Shown one piece after another: positions 17,639 through 26,790 of a DNA stretch of 64,000 nt (within the stretch, counting starts at the first letter, position 1; each line of letters begins with the position of its first letter). Origin of the DNA: Ignavibacteriota bacterium (lineage in GTDB: Bacteria > Bacteroidota > Ignavibacteria > SZUA-365); NCBI GenBank assembly GCA_016218045.1, contig JACRFB010000031.1, positions 72,908-136,907 of the forward strand. Direction: 5' to 3'. The notes beneath the pieces were generated by a model. That model was given only the letters and a program-made list of their open reading frames with translations. It did not search any database and was not told the DNA's origin. Made by a program: the position numbers and the translations under genes.

Positions 17639-18745
17639 CTAGAAATGATACGCGGCACCGCCCCCGAATATCACGTGTTTGCTGAGTCCCGCGCTGAGAA
17701 ACACATCCACCGGCCCGAACAGGGCCGCCACTCCAAGCGTCCCCTTCACGGTCAGATCGTCGAGACTGATGCTGGCCCTTTGGGGATCGATGTCGTAGCC
17801 GATCTGGTCCTTGATCGTCTGCGGCAGTGTGAATGTGTACGTGCCGGAAGACGAGAGGTACTCGATGGATATGCCGGCAAACGGCTCTATCCAATCGAAG
17901 CGGCGGCTGGCGTGGATGTTGGCCGAAAGCATGTCGGTGGCCGCGTCGAGTTTCGCGCGCGTCGTACCCACTGTGTTTTCGATGGTGGAATGTTCGTAAC
18001 TCACAAGCACCGCGAGATCGACAGGGAACGACTCGAGTCCGCCTAGACGCGGATTCGTGAGCGTGTTGCTGATGCTGTGACGCAGTGCCACACCGAAGAA
18101 CGAGAACTTGCCGATGTTTTTATCAAAGGTCACCGGGGGAATATAGCGGAGCAGCATGTCGGTGGAGGCAAACGTCCCGATGCGAAGCTGCGGAATGGCC
18201 GCGAAAACGGTGGATTGATTCGTGCCGTTGGTGAGCTGCAGCGAATCGGGCAGAAGCTTCAACTGATCGGGCGGAACGAACCACAGATATTCCTTCGGAA
18301 TGCGGAACCACGACCCCGTGCCTCCGAACACGGTCGCTGTGGTCAGTGTCGGCGACATTTTCCCGTCGCGCACGGCGGGTTCGAGCACGAGCGATTTGAA
18401 GGCCTTCAGCGTGTCGCTGTCGGTCGGTCTGACGGCGTAGGGAATGTGCCCCGTGTAGTTCCGCTGATCGTCGCGCACCCAGGTGTAGACGGTCTGTACC
18501 GAGAATTCGAAAGACAGACGGTCGGTTTTCTCGACATGGGCCGAGTGGTAGAAACCATGATTCGCTCCCACGTTCGACACGATGACGAGCGGTCCCATGA
18601 ACCCGCTTGCGTTCTCCCCGAAAAGCTGTAGCGAAAATTCCTCGAGCAGACGTTTGGTAAAACCCTGATCGAACTGCGCGCGCAGCGGAGCGGGGAGCAG
18701 AAGCACAAGAAGCAGCGCGCAGAGCGCCGGGATACGTCGTACCAT
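17639..18745 (-). CDS. Predicted outer-membrane beta-barrel protein (unclassified), paralog of 18766-19725
   Basis: Signal peptide MVRRIPALCALLLVLLLPAPLRAQ. C-terminus ends ..AAYHF (aromatic terminal residue typical of OMPs). Shares blocks (GFYHSAHV / TATVFGG / IPPVTFD) with the next gene. No family recognised. Confidence 0.5.
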   Translation of the reverse strand: MVRRIPALCALLLVLLLPAPLRAQFDQGFTKRLLEEFSLQLFGENASGFMGPLVIVSNVGANHGFYHSAHVEKTDRLSFEFSVQTVYTWVRDDQRNYTGHIPYAVRPTDSDTLKAFKSLVLEPAVRDGKMSPTLTTATVFGGTGSWFRIPKEYLWFVPPDQLKLLPDSLQLTNGTNQSTVFAAIPQLRIGTFASTDMLLRYIPPVTFDKNIGKFSFFGVALRHSISNTLTNPRLGGLESFPVDLAVLVSYEHSTIENTVGTTRAKLDAATDMLSANIHASRRFDWIEPFAGISIEYLSSSGTYTFTLPQTIKDQIGYDIDPQRASISLDDLTVKGTLGVAALFGPVDVFLSAGLSKHVIFGGGAAYHF

Positions 18746-18765
18746 GATCGTGGCTTTCGTGGTTG

Positions 18766-19725
18766 TCAGAGATGCAATCCCGCGCCGAGTGTGAAGTTGT
18801 CCTGCACACCGAAACTGTATTCGGCGTTGACATCCACAAGTGGCAGGAAGGTGAGGGTGACGCCGATCGTGAAGCGGAAATTGACGCGTGCAAAATCGAG
18901 TTCGATGCTCTGCGGCGTGCGCAGTTCCGCGGGCAGATCGGGCGAGGTGGGCGTATAGGTGTACGCCACGCGGATGTCGTAACTCTCGTAACCGAAACCT
19001 CCGTACAGTTCCGCGATCGCGATGGGCAGACTCGCATGCACGTTCGCGTTCAGGTTCGAGACGTGCATGATGCGGCCGATCTCGAGCCGCTGCGCCGCGG
19101 CCATCACCGCGATGTCGAAGGGCAGGCGCAGGTAATTCGTCGGACTGTGTTTCACGCCGATGCCGACAAAGCTGATCTTTCCGATCTCGGGATCGAAGGT
19201 GATGGGCGGAATGCCGCGCACCATGATCTCCGTCGCCGCGACCGATCCGATCGTGGCGTGCGGCAGCATCACAAAGGTGCTGCGCAGCCCGTTGCCACGC
19301 GGCAGGGCGATGTCGGGATACGGGTTGCCGGACGGATCAACCTGTCCTGAATGAAGCACGGCGCCTTCACCCCCGAAAACCGTGGCCGTCGTCACACGCG
19401 CGGGATACCCCAGCGCGACGAGCGACGAGGGGAGCAGCGCGACAAAGGAGGCATCACTCTCGGGCACGTACGTCCAGACGCCGCGAAGACCGAACCAGAT
19501 GTTCAGTCCCGAATCCACGCGCGCGGAATGGTACAGCCCGCTGTTGAAGCTGTAGCCGATCGCGTCCGCGCCAGGACGCAGATAGTCGCGCGCCAGCGCC
19601 TCGACGCCGAGTGTGCGTATGAGGTCGCCCATCGACTGGGCGCGCGCGGCGGGCGCGAGGAGGAACATCAGCACTGCGGCGCCAAGGCGGAGCAGCAGCG
19701 CCCGCGATCCGCGCGTGGGATTCAT
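18766..19725 (-). CDS. Predicted secreted/outer-membrane protein, paralog of 17639-18745
   Basis: Signal peptide ..LMFLLAPAARAQ. Conserved blocks GLYHSARVD, TTATVFGGEG, IPPITFDPEIGKISF are shared with the downstream paralog. Overlaps the adk stop by 4 nt. Confidence 0.5.
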   Translation of the reverse strand: MNPTRGSRALLLRLGAAVLMFLLAPAARAQSMGDLIRTLGVEALARDYLRPGADAIGYSFNSGLYHSARVDSGLNIWFGLRGVWTYVPESDASFVALLPSSLVALGYPARVTTATVFGGEGAVLHSGQVDPSGNPYPDIALPRGNGLRSTFVMLPHATIGSVAATEIMVRGIPPITFDPEIGKISFVGIGVKHSPTNYLRLPFDIAVMAAAQRLEIGRIMHVSNLNANVHASLPIAIAELYGGFGYESYDIRVAYTYTPTSPDLPAELRTPQSIELDFARVNFRFTIGVTLTFLPLVDVNAEYSFGVQDNFTLGAGLHL

Positions 19726-20279
19726 GCGGTGTGTCCGAGTGCCTCGAAAATGCGTTCGGTGATTTCGGTGATGTCGCCGACACCGTCGACGTCACGCAGT
19801 ATGCCGAGTGTCTTGTAGTAGCCGATGAGCGGCTTCGTGGTCTCGTGATACACGTCGAGTCGGCGTGAGATCGTGTCGAAGGTGTCGTCGGAACGTCCAC
19901 GCTTCATGAGGCGGTCGATCAGCTTGTAATCGGGAACAAGCAGGTTGACGACCACGTCGAGAACGGCGCCGCGCTCTTTGAGCATCGTTGCAAGTTCGTC
20001 GGCCTGTGCCGTAGTCCGCGGGTAGCCGTCGAGCAGGAAACCCCGTGCCGCGTCCTCGTCGCCCAGTCGGTCGCGCACCATCGCGTTTGTCACGGCGTCG
20101 GGAACAAGCTCGCCCGCGTCCGAGTACCGCTTGGCCTCGATCCCGAGCGGCGTCTGCTTCGTGATGTTCGCCCTGAAAAGATCGCCGGTCGAAATATGCG
20201 GGATGGAGAAATGCGCCGCGACGTACGCGGCTTGCGTGCCTTTTCCGGCGCCCGGCGGGCCGAAGAGAATCAGGCGCAT
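19722..20279 (-). CDS. adk: Adenylate kinase
   Basis: MRLILFGPPGAGKGTQA P-loop and the AMP-binding TGDLFRA motif. Start re-called at MRLILF (ORF codon 16), giving 185 aa. Confidence 0.9.
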   Translation of the reverse strand: MRLILFGPPGAGKGTQAAYVAAHFSIPHISTGDLFRANITKQTPLGIEAKRYSDAGELVPDAVTNAMVRDRLGDEDAARGFLLDGYPRTTAQADELATMLKERGAVLDVVVNLLVPDYKLIDRLMKRGRSDDTFDTISRRLDVYHETTKPLIGYYKTLGILRDVDGVGDITEITERIFEALGHTA

Positions 20280-20412
20280 GCGAACCTCAGATTTGGTGGA
20301 TGCGGTGGTTGCGTGCTCCGTCACGAAGGAGTAGTGAAAAGTACGGATTTTTCTCCGGCCTATACAACTGGCCGGAACCCGTTCCGCATCCGATAATCCG
20401 AGCCCCCGCGCT

Positions 20413-20853
20413 TCAGCGGTGCAGGTACTTCACAAGACGGATGCTGTTCGAACGGCCCTGGCGGACGTCGTACTCCACTTCGTCCATCAATCGTTTCATC
20501 AGCACAATGCCCAGGCCTCCCTTGCGCGGCTTCAGGAAATACTCCCGCATGTCGGGCATCGTGTAATGTGTCGCATCAAAGCCGACACCGTTGTCGTGGA
20601 TCACGACTGTGAAGCGCAGGTCGTCGGACGTGCTGACGGTGAGGCGGATGCGCCCGTCGGGATTGTCGCGGTACGCGTGTTTGATGATGTTGGTGCAGGC
20701 CTCGTCAACCGCCAGCTCGATGTTCGATACGTCGTCGTCGCCGAAACCGAATGTGCGGGCGGCTTCGGAGACGAAACTCCTGGCCTGTTCCAGCAGCTCT
20801 GTTCTGCTGCTGATCTCCAGCGTGCGTTCGATGTGTGGAGTCGACGTTGTCAC
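20413..20853 (-). CDS. Anti-sigma regulatory factor, serine-protein kinase (RsbW/SpoIIAB-like HATPase_c)
   Basis: 146 aa with the ELAVDEACTNIIKHAY...IHDNGVGFD...GGLGIVLMKRLMDEV motifs of the GHKL anti-sigma kinases. Confidence 0.8.
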   Translation of the reverse strand: MTTSTPHIERTLEISSRTELLEQARSFVSEAARTFGFGDDDVSNIELAVDEACTNIIKHAYRDNPDGRIRLTVSTSDDLRFTVVIHDNGVGFDATHYTMPDMREYFLKPRKGGLGIVLMKRLMDEVEYDVRQGRSNSIRLVKYLHR

Positions 20854-20871
20854 GGTCTGCTACCCGGTGAG

Positions 20872-21261
20872 TTACTCGCCCGTTCCGTGTTTCTGGTACG
20901 GGCTGTCCGCCGGATTGTTCCGGAATCGATCGATCGCCTCGGTTTCTTCGCTGTAAATCTCGTACAACATGGGGAAGCCGAGCAGGTCGAAGACGTTGTA
21001 CACACGCGGGGACATGCTCGTGAGCTTGATGTCGCCGCTGTTTTTGCGCACGTCCTCGATGAACTGCATCAGCACGCCCAGTCCCGCGCTGCTGATGTAG
21101 GCGAGATCGCGGAAATTGACGACCAGGTTGAACCGGCTGCTGTCGATGCTTTTTTGAAATGCATGTTCCAGATCAGGAGCGGTGTGCGCGTCCAGATATC
21201 CTTTGAGATCCAGGACCGTCACTCCTTCGATCTGTCGGATTCCGACCTTGAAATCGCTCAT
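20872..21261 (-). CDS. STAS-domain anti-sigma-factor antagonist (SpoIIAA/RsbV-like)
   Basis: 129 aa. The ..VLDLKGYLDAHTAPDL...NLVVNFRDLAYISSAGLGVLM motif carries the conserved phospho-Ser context (SSAGLG). Confidence 0.8.
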   Translation of the reverse strand: MSDFKVGIRQIEGVTVLDLKGYLDAHTAPDLEHAFQKSIDSSRFNLVVNFRDLAYISSAGLGVLMQFIEDVRKNSGDIKLTSMSPRVYNVFDLLGFPMLYEIYSEETEAIDRFRNNPADSPYQKHGTGE

Positions 21262-23468
21262 ACGGCTGAACCTCCTGATGCGGAATAATATCGTTCGTCA
21301 GTCATAGTCTCGTGTCGTGTCGTGGTGCCGTTCCAGCGGAGCACCAGCAGGGTCAGATCGTCGAGTGCTTCGCCGTTGCCGGTGAATCTGCGAACGGCGT
21401 CGATGATTGCCTCTCCAATGCTGCGCGCGCTTTCGCCCGCGTGTTTTTCCGCTATGTCGGCAAGACGTTCAAAATGGAACTCCTCGCCGTTTTTGTCCCG
21501 TGCTTCCGTCACACCGTCGGTGAAAAGCACGATCACGTCGCCGGGAGCCAGGACCAGCCCTTCCTCTTCGATGGAATCCGCGAACCTTTCGGTGGGGTCG
21601 AGTCCGAGTCCCATGCCGTTCGGTCGCAAATACCTGGAAGAGCCGCCGGAAATATACAGAAGAGGACAATGTCCCGCACGGGAAAATCGCACGGAGCCGC
21701 TCTGTATGTCGAGTACGGCGTAGAGCAGGCTGATGAACGATTTCCGGTCCATCGTCCTGCACAAGGTGTCGTTCATGCGACGGAGCAGCGCCCGCGTCGA
21801 GGTCATGTCGCCGCTCATCGACTGGAATATGCCCTTGACCTGGGCCATGTACAGCGCGGCCGATACGCCCTTGCCCGACACGTCGCCGATGGTGATGCCG
21901 AGCTGCCGTTCGTCGAGCGCGACCATGTCGTAGTAATCGCCGCCTACTTCGAAGGCCGGGATCGACTCGGCGTACACGTCGTATGTCTCGGCGATGGGAA
22001 GCAGGGAGGGAAGGAGGCTGCGCTGCATCTGCCGCGCAAGCAGCAGTTCCTGCTTGAACCGTTCGCGTGATAACGATTCCGCTATGAGCCGGCTGTTCTC
22101 GAGGGCCACCGACACGAGGTCGGCAAAGGCCGACGCGCCCTGAAGCAGATCCTTGTCGAATTCGTACGCGGTCTTTTTATGGATCGCAAGCAGTCCGACA
22201 ATGCCGCCGTACGCGTGCAGCGGCAGCAGCGCGAGTGTGCCGGCCGGCACCGCCGCGCCCGTGTGGTCGATGCGCCGGTCGCGTTGAAGGTCGTGAATCG
22301 TGACACCTTTCCCCGTTTCGAGGACGAGTGCGTGCAGCGGACGCCCGTCGCTCAAGCGCAGGGCGTTGCGCTGTTCCTCGCTCATGTTGCGGAGCGAGAC
22401 GGTGGTGGGCAGCGGCGTGCGCTCGAGCGCGGCTTCGCGGTCGGCGGGCCGCTCGGGCGTGTCGCGGTACACCTCGGCGGGGAACAGTTCGATCCACGCC
22501 GAACCGCCCTCCGTGATATCGAGCGCCAATTGTGTCGATGTCGAAAGCAGATCGTCGAGGTCGAACACTTCGGTCACAAGGCGGCTCATGTTCTGGAACG
22601 ACGAGATCTCAGCCTTCTTCCGGTCGAATTCCTTCGCCGTGGGAAGGTGCATGAGGGTGCTGGCGAACCCGAGTCCCATGTATATCGCGCCGAACAGCAT
22701 CGTGGTCGAGAAAAATGCGTCCATCACGGGATGGAAGTACGCCAGTGCCGATTTGTACACGTCGCTGTCGGCGGCGCTGAGATCGAACACGGAGGCGTCG
22801 ACCGCCAGGATGATGAAGAACACAAAGCCGAAAAACGAGAGTCCGAGATTGGCGAGTTTTTCGCGCCGGGTCAGCACCAGGATCCACGAGAACCGGAACG
22901 AATTCACCACCATCATCAACACGAGACCGAAGGACACAAAGATGTACGTGGCGCCGCCCTCTTCCTGCCGGATGGAGAGGATCGAAAAGACCAGCGCGTA
23001 GGCCGCAAAAAATCCGAGCATCACCAGGTAGTTGCGCCGGGTGTTGCGCCGGCGTTTGATGAAGATCAGCTCGGTGAACGTGAACAGGAGCAGGATCGAC
23101 GCGATGCCCGACGCGATGCCCATGATGAGGGTGACGATCACACTCGTAATGCCGTCGGGCACGAGCCGTCCGTCCATGTTTTCGAACGAGATCATGGAGC
23201 CGATGCGGAACAGTCCGAGGGTCACGAGCAGCACTGTCGCCGTGATGACGGTACTGCCGATCATCTGCACAGGATTTGGTTCGCCGTCCCGCTGACGGCG
23301 CGTCCAGGCCACCGCAAAGGTCCCAGCCCCGGCAAGCAGGAGCAGTCCGTGGAAGAGGTCGCCTCCGGCGGACGATCGCACCAGGGCCTGCCGCGCGATC
23401 ATGTAGACAAAATCGGCCGCGAAGGTCACACCCGAGAGCAGGAACAGTAGTCGGCGATTCAGTGTCAT
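21258..23468 (-). CDS. Membrane sensor PP2C-family serine phosphatase (7TM-type N-terminal sensor, GAF domain, SpoIIE/RsbU phosphatase domain)
   Basis: N-terminal ~260 aa is strongly hydrophobic with multiple TM segments. The middle region is GAF-like. The C-terminal PP2C motifs are GGDYYDMV..GDVSGKGVSAALYMAQ...FTDGVTEA. Overlaps the STAS gene by 4 nt. Confidence 0.8.
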   Translation of the reverse strand: MTLNRRLLFLLSGVTFAADFVYMIARQALVRSSAGGDLFHGLLLLAGAGTFAVAWTRRQRDGEPNPVQMIGSTVITATVLLVTLGLFRIGSMISFENMDGRLVPDGITSVIVTLIMGIASGIASILLLFTFTELIFIKRRRNTRRNYLVMLGFFAAYALVFSILSIRQEEGGATYIFVSFGLVLMMVVNSFRFSWILVLTRREKLANLGLSFFGFVFFIILAVDASVFDLSAADSDVYKSALAYFHPVMDAFFSTTMLFGAIYMGLGFASTLMHLPTAKEFDRKKAEISSFQNMSRLVTEVFDLDDLLSTSTQLALDITEGGSAWIELFPAEVYRDTPERPADREAALERTPLPTTVSLRNMSEEQRNALRLSDGRPLHALVLETGKGVTIHDLQRDRRIDHTGAAVPAGTLALLPLHAYGGIVGLLAIHKKTAYEFDKDLLQGASAFADLVSVALENSRLIAESLSRERFKQELLLARQMQRSLLPSLLPIAETYDVYAESIPAFEVGGDYYDMVALDERQLGITIGDVSGKGVSAALYMAQVKGIFQSMSGDMTSTRALLRRMNDTLCRTMDRKSFISLLYAVLDIQSGSVRFSRAGHCPLLYISGGSSRYLRPNGMGLGLDPTERFADSIEEEGLVLAPGDVIVLFTDGVTEARDKNGEEFHFERLADIAEKHAGESARSIGEAIIDAVRRFTGNGEALDDLTLLVLRWNGTTTRHETMTDERYYSASGGSAV

Positions 23469-23619
23469 GGTTCAAGTATCGCGAATTTTGGGCGAACGTG
23501 AAAAACCTTCGGGCACATCCTCCCGTGTACGCGCGCGGAATGCGCTTGTTGCGTTCCCGGCGCCTTGACGAGGTGCGGCTTTCCGCGTATCTTCCAACGA
23601 GGATCGACGCAGCCATTCC

Positions 23620-24630
23620 ATGCCCATACTCGACGTTCGTGACGTACACAAATGGTATCCGCTTCAGAACGGATGGACAGCGGCGTCCACCTCGTACCTG
23701 CGCGCGGTCGACGGGGTCACATTTACCATCGACAGGGGCCGTGTACTCGGACTCGCAGGCGAATCCGGTTGCGGAAAATCCACCCTTGCGCGGGTCGTGC
23801 TCCGGCTGGTCAAAGCAACAGCCGGATCTGTGTCCTTCGACGGCCTCGACGTGCTGGCCCTTCCGCGCGAGGAGCTGCGTCGCATCCGCAAGCGTATGCA
23901 GATCATCTTTCAGGATCCCTTCTCCTCCCTGAATCCGCGGCTCTCGATCGGGGCCATGCTGTCGGAAATTCTCCTTGTCCACGGCATCGCCGCGCGGGCG
24001 CGCGACACCGACGCGCGCATCGGCGCACTGCTCGAGACGGTCGGGCTCAACACCTTCCATGCACGCAGATATCCGCACGAGTTCTCGAGCGGCCAGCGGC
24101 AGCGTATCGGGATAGCACGCGCGCTGGCCGTCGAACCCGAGTTCATCGTGTGTGACGAGCCCGTGTCCGCGCTCGATGTATCGATTCAGGCGGCCATCAT
24201 CAATCTGCTGCTCGATCTCAAGGAAAAATTCGGACTGACCTATCTTTTTATTTCGCACGACCTGCACGTGCTCCGGCATATCGCCGACGATCTCGCCGTG
24301 ATGTATCTCGGACGCATCGTCGAGATTGGTCCGGCGGCCGCCGTCACAACCGAACCGCTTCATCCGTATTCGCGGGCGCTGGTGGCCAGCATGCCCGCGC
24401 CGGTGCCGGGCCGTCCTGTCGCGCATACCGTGCTGCATGGCGAAGCGCCGGGCGCCGTCGATATACCCGGGGGATGTCCCTTTCATCCCCGCTGCCCCGA
24501 GGCGCAGCCCGCGTGCGCCTTTGTGCAGCCACGGCTTGCGACGGTCGCGGAGGGACGTCTCGTCAGTTGCCTGCTCTATCCGCAATGCCACGAGGCGGGC
24601 GGGATTGCGCGCGCGGAGTCCGTGTCATGA
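23620..24630 (+). CDS. ABC transporter ATP-binding protein, OppF/DppF type with oligopeptide C-terminal extension (orphan: no permease or binding-protein genes nearby)
   Basis: Walker A GESGCGKST. ABC signature LSGGQRQRIGIARAL. Walker B FIVCDEPVSALD. C-terminal ..EPLHPYSRAL..CPFHPRCP typical of Opp/Dpp ATPases. Confidence 0.8.
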   Translation: MPILDVRDVHKWYPLQNGWTAASTSYLRAVDGVTFTIDRGRVLGLAGESGCGKSTLARVVLRLVKATAGSVSFDGLDVLALPREELRRIRKRMQIIFQDPFSSLNPRLSIGAMLSEILLVHGIAARARDTDARIGALLETVGLNTFHARRYPHEFSSGQRQRIGIARALAVEPEFIVCDEPVSALDVSIQAAIINLLLDLKEKFGLTYLFISHDLHVLRHIADDLAVMYLGRIVEIGPAAAVTTEPLHPYSRALVASMPAPVPGRPVAHTVLHGEAPGAVDIPGGCPFHPRCPEAQPACAFVQPRLATVAEGRLVSCLLYPQCHEAGGIARAESVS

Positions 24631-24638
24631 CGGCATCA

Positions 24639-24672
24639 CCCGCGCACGAACTTATTGTGCGCGGGATTTTTC
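24639..24672 (+). terminator. Rho-independent terminator candidate
   Basis: cccgcgcac-gaacttatt-gtgcgcggg 9-bp perfect stem, followed by atttttcc, 9 nt after the ABC ATPase stop. Confidence 0.6.
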
Positions 24673-24737
24673 CATGTAATGCGGACCGGAATTTTCCCGG
24701 CGGCCGCGGCGTTTTCTCCACCTAGAAATCCAACCGT

Positions 24738-25988
24738 ATGACCGATCGCGAGAACAGCGACTACACGACGCATCCTATTCCACCGCTCCGCCTTGATCTT
24801 GAACCGGTTCCCGTCGAATCGGAAGGCGAGCAGATCCTTATACTTCGTGATCCGAACGGATACAGCGAGCGTGTTCTCTCGCTTTCGCTGCAGGCGTGGA
24901 CGCTGATGCTCGCCTTCGATGGCGAGCTGAACGCGACACAACTCAGCGATCGCATCTTCGACGCCGATGCGGTGCGCCTGCCCGCGGAACAGATAGCCGG
25001 CCTCGCGCTCCTGCTCGACAACGCGGGATTCCTGCACAATCAGCGCTTTGAAGCACTCCGCGCCAGGGAAGACGCCGCGTTTGCGAAACTCACAGTGCGG
25101 CCTGCCGTCCACGCGGGACAATCGTATCCGTCGAAGGCGCCGGAACTGAAGGCGTTTTTTGATGCGCTGTTCGTGGATGCCGCCGCTTCCCAGCACGCGG
25201 CGCCGATCGGAATCCTGGCTCCACACATCGATCTGAAGATCGGTCCGCATGTGTACGTCCCCGCCTATGCATCGCTGCGCGACGCGGAACCCGACACCGT
25301 GGTCGTGCTGGGCACGAGTCACTACTCGAGCGAGGATCTGTTTCTCCTCACGGGAAAACACTTCGAAACGCCGCTCGGCGTCGCGCGATGTGACACGGAA
25401 CTTCTGTCGCTGCTGCGTGAAAAAACAGGCGACAAGTTCACCGGCCGTGATGCGGCCCACAGGCGCGAGCACTCTATCGAGTTCCAGATTCTTTTCCTGC
25501 AGCACGTCTTCCGCGAGCGTATGCCCCGCATCCTGCCCGTGCTCTGCACCTCCTTCGAATACACGCTCGAGTCGGGAGGACCGCAGGCCGATCCCCGGTA
25601 CCGGCGTTTTGTGTCCGGCTTCCGCGAGGCGCTCGTCGAGTCCGGCCGCCGTGTCGCGTACGTCGTAAGTGTCGACTGGTCGCATTTCGGCCGGAAATTC
25701 GGCGACACCGAAGACGCCGCCGCGCTGCTCGACAGCGTGCGGGCCTCCGACGCGCGGCAGCTCGACGCGCTCGCGCGGCTCGACTATCCCGATTTTGTGG
25801 CGCAGCTCCGTTCCACGATGAACGGCACGCGCATCGACGGATTCTCGTGTATCAGCACCTTCCTCGATATCGCCGTGCCCGACCGCGCGTCCCTGCTCGC
25901 CTACGACGTCTGGCACGAGGAAGAGCGCGCCTCGGCCGTCTCTTTCGCCGCGATGTCATTCTGGAGGGATCGAAATGGAGTTCATTGA
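24738..25988 (+). CDS. MEMO1-family protein (AmmeMemoRadiSam system protein B homolog) with ~110-aa N-terminal extension
   Basis: From residue ~113 the protein carries RPAVHAGQSYPSKAPELKAFFDALF..ILAPHIDLKIGPHVY...HSIEFQI, the MEMO1/dioxygenase-like signature. No AMMECR1 or radical-SAM partner gene is present in the window. Confidence 0.65.
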   Translation: MTDRENSDYTTHPIPPLRLDLEPVPVESEGEQILILRDPNGYSERVLSLSLQAWTLMLAFDGELNATQLSDRIFDADAVRLPAEQIAGLALLLDNAGFLHNQRFEALRAREDAAFAKLTVRPAVHAGQSYPSKAPELKAFFDALFVDAAASQHAAPIGILAPHIDLKIGPHVYVPAYASLRDAEPDTVVVLGTSHYSSEDLFLLTGKHFETPLGVARCDTELLSLLREKTGDKFTGRDAAHRREHSIEFQILFLQHVFRERMPRILPVLCTSFEYTLESGGPQADPRYRRFVSGFREALVESGRRVAYVVSVDWSHFGRKFGDTEDAAALLDSVRASDARQLDALARLDYPDFVAQLRSTMNGTRIDGFSCISTFLDIAVPDRASLLAYDVWHEEERASAVSFAAMSFWRDRNGVH

Positions 25989-26781
25989 CACCCACTGCCA
26001 TCTGTTCTGGGACGACTTTGTCGAGGACCTCGACGCGGTGCTTACGCGCGCGCGCGCGGCCGGCGTGGGGCGCTTCATCGTGCCCGCCACCACGCTCGAC
26101 ACCATGCGCAGCGCGGCCGATATCGCGGACAGGCATCAGGGCGTGTACGCGACCGCGGGCGTGCACCCGCACGACACGGCCGCGCTCCCCGACGGCGCGC
26201 TCGAGATGATCGAGGAACACGCGATGCGGAGGCGCTGCGTGGCCATCGGCGAGATCGGCCTCGACTACTACTACGACTACTCGCCGAAGGAACGGCAGTG
26301 GGAGGCCCTGCATGCGCAGCTCGCCCTCGCCCGACGGCTCGATCTGCCTGTCATCCTGCACAACAGGGAATCCGACGACGATCTGCTGGCGATATGCGCC
26401 GAACATCAGGATGGAGCGCTGCGCGGCCAGTTCCACTGCTTCTCATCCTCCCCCGCGTACGCCGAACGTGTGCTCGCGCTCGGGTTTCACATCTCCTTCA
26501 CAGGCAATGTGACGTATAAAAAGAGCACTCTGTCCGATGTTCTCGCACGAGTGCCCGACGACCGCATTCTTCTTGAAACCGACGCGCCGTTTATGGCCCC
26601 CGTGCCGCACAGGGGAACGAGAAACGAACCGGAGCGGATCCCGCTGATCGCGGCGAAGTTCGCGGAGCTGCGGGGCTGCAGTCTCGCACACGTCGCCGAA
26701 GTGACAACGCGCAACGCCGTGGAATTGTTCCGTCTACCCGACCTTACGCAACGGGTTGGACATGATGCCACGAGCGGCTAG
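25975..26781 (+). CDS. tatD: TatD-family metal-dependent hydrolase (DNase)
   Basis: MEFIDTHCHLF..GVHPHD...GEIGLDYYY..HNRESDDD..TDAPFMAP, the classic TatD/YchF motifs. Confidence 0.88.
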   Translation: MEFIDTHCHLFWDDFVEDLDAVLTRARAAGVGRFIVPATTLDTMRSAADIADRHQGVYATAGVHPHDTAALPDGALEMIEEHAMRRRCVAIGEIGLDYYYDYSPKERQWEALHAQLALARRLDLPVILHNRESDDDLLAICAEHQDGALRGQFHCFSSSPAYAERVLALGFHISFTGNVTYKKSTLSDVLARVPDDRILLETDAPFMAPVPHRGTRNEPERIPLIAAKFAELRGCSLAHVAEVTTRNAVELFRLPDLTQRVGHDATSG

Positions 26782-26790
26782 ATTGCCTGC

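Noticed and set aside
20340-20380. Hairpin ccggcc-tatacaact-ggccgg between rsbW-like gene and adk as a terminator
   Set aside because: The T-run lies on the wrong side of the stem for a minus-strand transcript (and precedes the stem for + strand). It may be a protein-binding palindrome but is not a canonical intrinsic terminator.
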